DNA of 62,618 bases, the filler included, from Ionaspis alba (taxonomy: Eukaryota): the NCBI GenBank assembly GCA_964255285.1. It is 3 parts of 3 records of this genome, joined end to end, with 100 filler letters (N's around TTAATTAATTAA, not from the genome) between each part and the next. Parts side by side here need not be neighbours in the genome. Positions count along the whole stretch, not along the records: positions 41,831 to 62,618 come from CAXUUL010000239.1; 2 more parts are not named here. One strand, 5' to 3'. The notes beneath the pieces are model-generated. The model saw only the letters and a program-made list of their open reading frames with translations. It was not told the origin of the DNA and searched no databases. How positions within the stretch are numbered: the stretch's first letter is position 1; each line of letters opens with the position of its first letter. Positions 59,881 to 62,618 of this stretch are shown piece after piece. Both the position numbers and the translations under genes were made by a program.

Positions 59881-60922
59881 GAACCCGGATTTTTTGGAGC
59901 GGTGTTGTGGGGCGTTGATATTGGTCTCGTAGACTTGCATCCCCGTCAAGTTTTAGTTGCAAGGATTTCAGGTACATCCTAAGGCGTTGTGCTGCGAAGG
60001 GAGGCATCGTACGGAGGATTTCTATCTACTCTGTTCGAGATGTATTTCTCACTCCCAGTGCAACGGCTACTGTATTTTCGATTCTGTTTACAGCCAGTGA
60101 CCAAACGAAAGTATGCCAGTGACGACTTTAATGCCAAGCCGTGACGGACCGGTCTTTCCCCGACATCTATCTGAATTTCCGTAAAGTCAAACAATCGCCA
60201 TCAAACCATTTCTATACCTTCACAGTGACAAACGATGTTCGGAGGTCGTAAGTTCTCTACAACCCACTATAGATGACTTGAGCTAACGAATCTTCTCAGC
60301 ACCCCCACCCCCTAGCAAAGCAGAGCTGAAGGTATACTCTTTCCACCAGCCTAGTCCACCAGCATAGAATCGAACAAGGTCTAGACCTGTGGACTCTTGA
60401 AGAGCTAGTTGTGGAGAAGAGATGCACAGCGTGCCGTTTTGGACAAAGGCTGATCATTTCTGTAGATGCAGGAAGAAGAAGCATACTCGACGGTCCAGAA
60501 GGTTGTGGTTGGAAGCTTGTTACTTTACCTTTGTGAGTTGAGCCTCCTCTAGCCGCGGGAATGAAAGAAGGGCATGAGAGCGCGTCAGCAAAAATAAACA
60601 GCAATCGGTTACTCTGAATATGGGCTAACATTGTTACGGAGCAGCACCTTTCGCGATCGACTACGTCAAAAGACTTGTCTAGACATGGCGGGACCACGGC
60701 GGTTGTGATCGAATCTTCCTAATAGAGACTTCGAGAAGAAGATAGACTGTATAACGAGGCACAAATAGCATGGCTGAGGCGTTCACGGGAGGCCTCTCGA
60801 GATAGATAATCCCAATCACCTAGACAACAATGCACATCCTGGGGTCTAGAGAAGAGAATGACCACTAAGACCACTTTTGTTTCGATCACGCTGGGGTATC
60901 CAAATCTCATATCCAGCTCATC

Positions 60923-62362
60923 TCATCGGCCATTACCACTTCCATTCCCTGGTTTGCCAGCCTCCCACTCAGCATAATCTCTTTGGATCTGCATCAACTC
61001 GTTTGCTAGATGCGCCAGCTGTGAATTATAGTCCTCCAAGATCTGGTCTCCATTAGCAATTACGTTCTTCCGGAACCACAATACAGCCAAGAACCATAGG
61101 TCAACATACCTTCTTCGCCCTCCTTAAGGTCTCCTCATCCATTCCCTGGCCCTGCTCATTTCCCATGTTGAGACCCGCCCTGTCGAACTCGGCCTGTAGC
61201 TGCCTTCCTCGTTCACGCACACTGACCATCCGCGCCCAGATCTCCTCGCTCCGCCCATTAAGTGCCGGATCGAAAACACTCTTTTCCAATACGGTCAATT
61301 TCCGCCGTAGCTCCTCTTCTGCACTATCCATCGCATAGCCCCTATTTCTCAGCACCTGTGTCTTCGTGGCCAGTGCCAGACAACGCTGACTCAATGCTAA
61401 ATGTTTCCGGCGACAGTCAGAGGCACGTGTTGATAAATTGAGGTCGTGTCTTCGCAGTAAATCAGTCAGACCGTTGTTTATCTCCGCCAACCTGCCGTGT
61501 AGGACGCGGAGATGCTCCTCCTGATTGAGGATCCTATGACCTAGTTGCTGGAATCCCCGGACAAGTACGGGGATGGCGCCCGGGTTGGGCCGCTTGCGTA
61601 GTGCTTCTTCCCACTTTTCTTCGTCTTCCCTGGGATCGGGGCGGTAGAAAGGGACAACGTCTTTGTCAACAGTGTTGTAAAGGTAGGTCTGGAAGGAATT
61701 GGACTGGGACTGGGGATCCCATTTTTTGTAGACAAGCTCGATCTGTTCGGGGATAGATTTCTGGCCTAGATGTCCAAATTGAATAAGCAATCTGCGTGGA
61801 GGAACTGGGGTAATTGCTATCAAAGCTCACGAGGTGCTACATCCTGCTCCGTCCATATTCTGTTCTGTTGAGATTGTGCAAGAAGGCTGCCGATCTGTTG
61901 CGGCGGCGGCGGCTGTTGCTGCTGCGAAGTACCAAACAATGAGCCTCCTGGATTTTGCTGAGGTTGTTGAGTCGCGTTCACGGGTGCGGGCTGAGCTGTT
62001 TGCTGTGCATTTCTATTACCACCCGCACCGAAAAGGCCGCCTCCTTGTTGTGACTGCCCGACGGTAGCAATACCAGCACCAAGATTATTACCGAATGAAG
62101 GTTGTTGAGTCAGCGATGAACCGAAATTGTTCGTCTGCTGAGGCTGCGAGGTTGACCCGAAGATTGAACCCGTTTGCTGAGGTTGAGAAGAAGACCCAAA
62201 AAGTCCCCCACCTTGTTGTTGCTGCGTACTGCTGCCGAATATACTGCTTCCCGACTGTTGCTGGTTCGCAGCTGGCCTTACACCAAATCCGCCAAAAGGG
62301 GTAGAAGTTGTCTGAGTGCTCGAAGAACCAAATGCAGGGGCGCTGCTGCCAAATATAGACAT
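60923..62362 (-). CDS. NUP57: FG nucleoporin Nup57/Nup54, 3 exons
   Basis: N-terminal GLFG/SIFG repeats; KSIPEQIELVYKKWDP...FQTYLYN; coiled coil; last exon ILEDYNSQLAHL. Confidence 0.92.
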
Positions 62363-62618
62363 CTTTTGTAGCGAATGGCGATGTGAAATAGGAATCTATA
62401 GAGAGGGCCCCAAGCGCGACTGTAGCTACAAGAAAAGGAAAGGTTGGGAAACTGGCGGGCAGCTGTCGTTATTGAGAAAGCATCTTTCCTAGGCAACGAT
62501 CGTGGTTCGGTAAGACTATGAATGTCCCTTTTTTTGACAGAGAATTGGTGTTATATTCGACGAGCTGCTGAGTCTTGGAATTCTCGCGTGTCGACTCGCG
62601 CCAACCAATCAGAACCCG

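Noticed and set aside
59900..60900. Short ORFs between IWS1 and NUP57
   Set aside because: No coding signature or family motif.

Overview
Gene-dense scaffold of a filamentous ascomycete (Pezizomycotina), about 51% GC, with short GT-AG introns carrying CTRAY branch sites. It holds about 26 protein-coding genes, mostly housekeeping: an ELO-family elongase, histidine acid phosphatase, a PPR protein, RPS22/uS8, a RING-LysM protein, choline kinase, PMP22/Mpv17, a SprT-like/BTB-like protein, NHA1, DUF2306, PalH, RRB1, SPG1/TEM1, SSL1, a CHS7-like protein, an MFS sugar transporter, PMT2, a Rab2-like GTPase, a CTL-like transporter, IWS1 and NUP57. There is also an SRPK-like kinase pseudogene and 11 nominal 100-nt gaps, two containing an artificial TTAATTAATTAA linker. 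Best finds from reading the sequence: (1) a complete intronic H/ACA snoRNA (snR44-like, both guide pockets identifiable) in RPS22; (2) a strongly structured RPS22 5'-UTR intron with mutually exclusive helices; (3) a sugar transporter whose ~137-codon N-terminal extension has no AUG and probably starts at a CUG; (4) an elongase fused to ~13 LEA3/perilipin-like 11-mer repeats; (5) a phosphatase whose catalytic His lies on a 13-nt microexon. No transposon, tRNA, rRNA or secondary-metabolite cluster was recognised. All calls come from manual reading and family recall; no searches were run.
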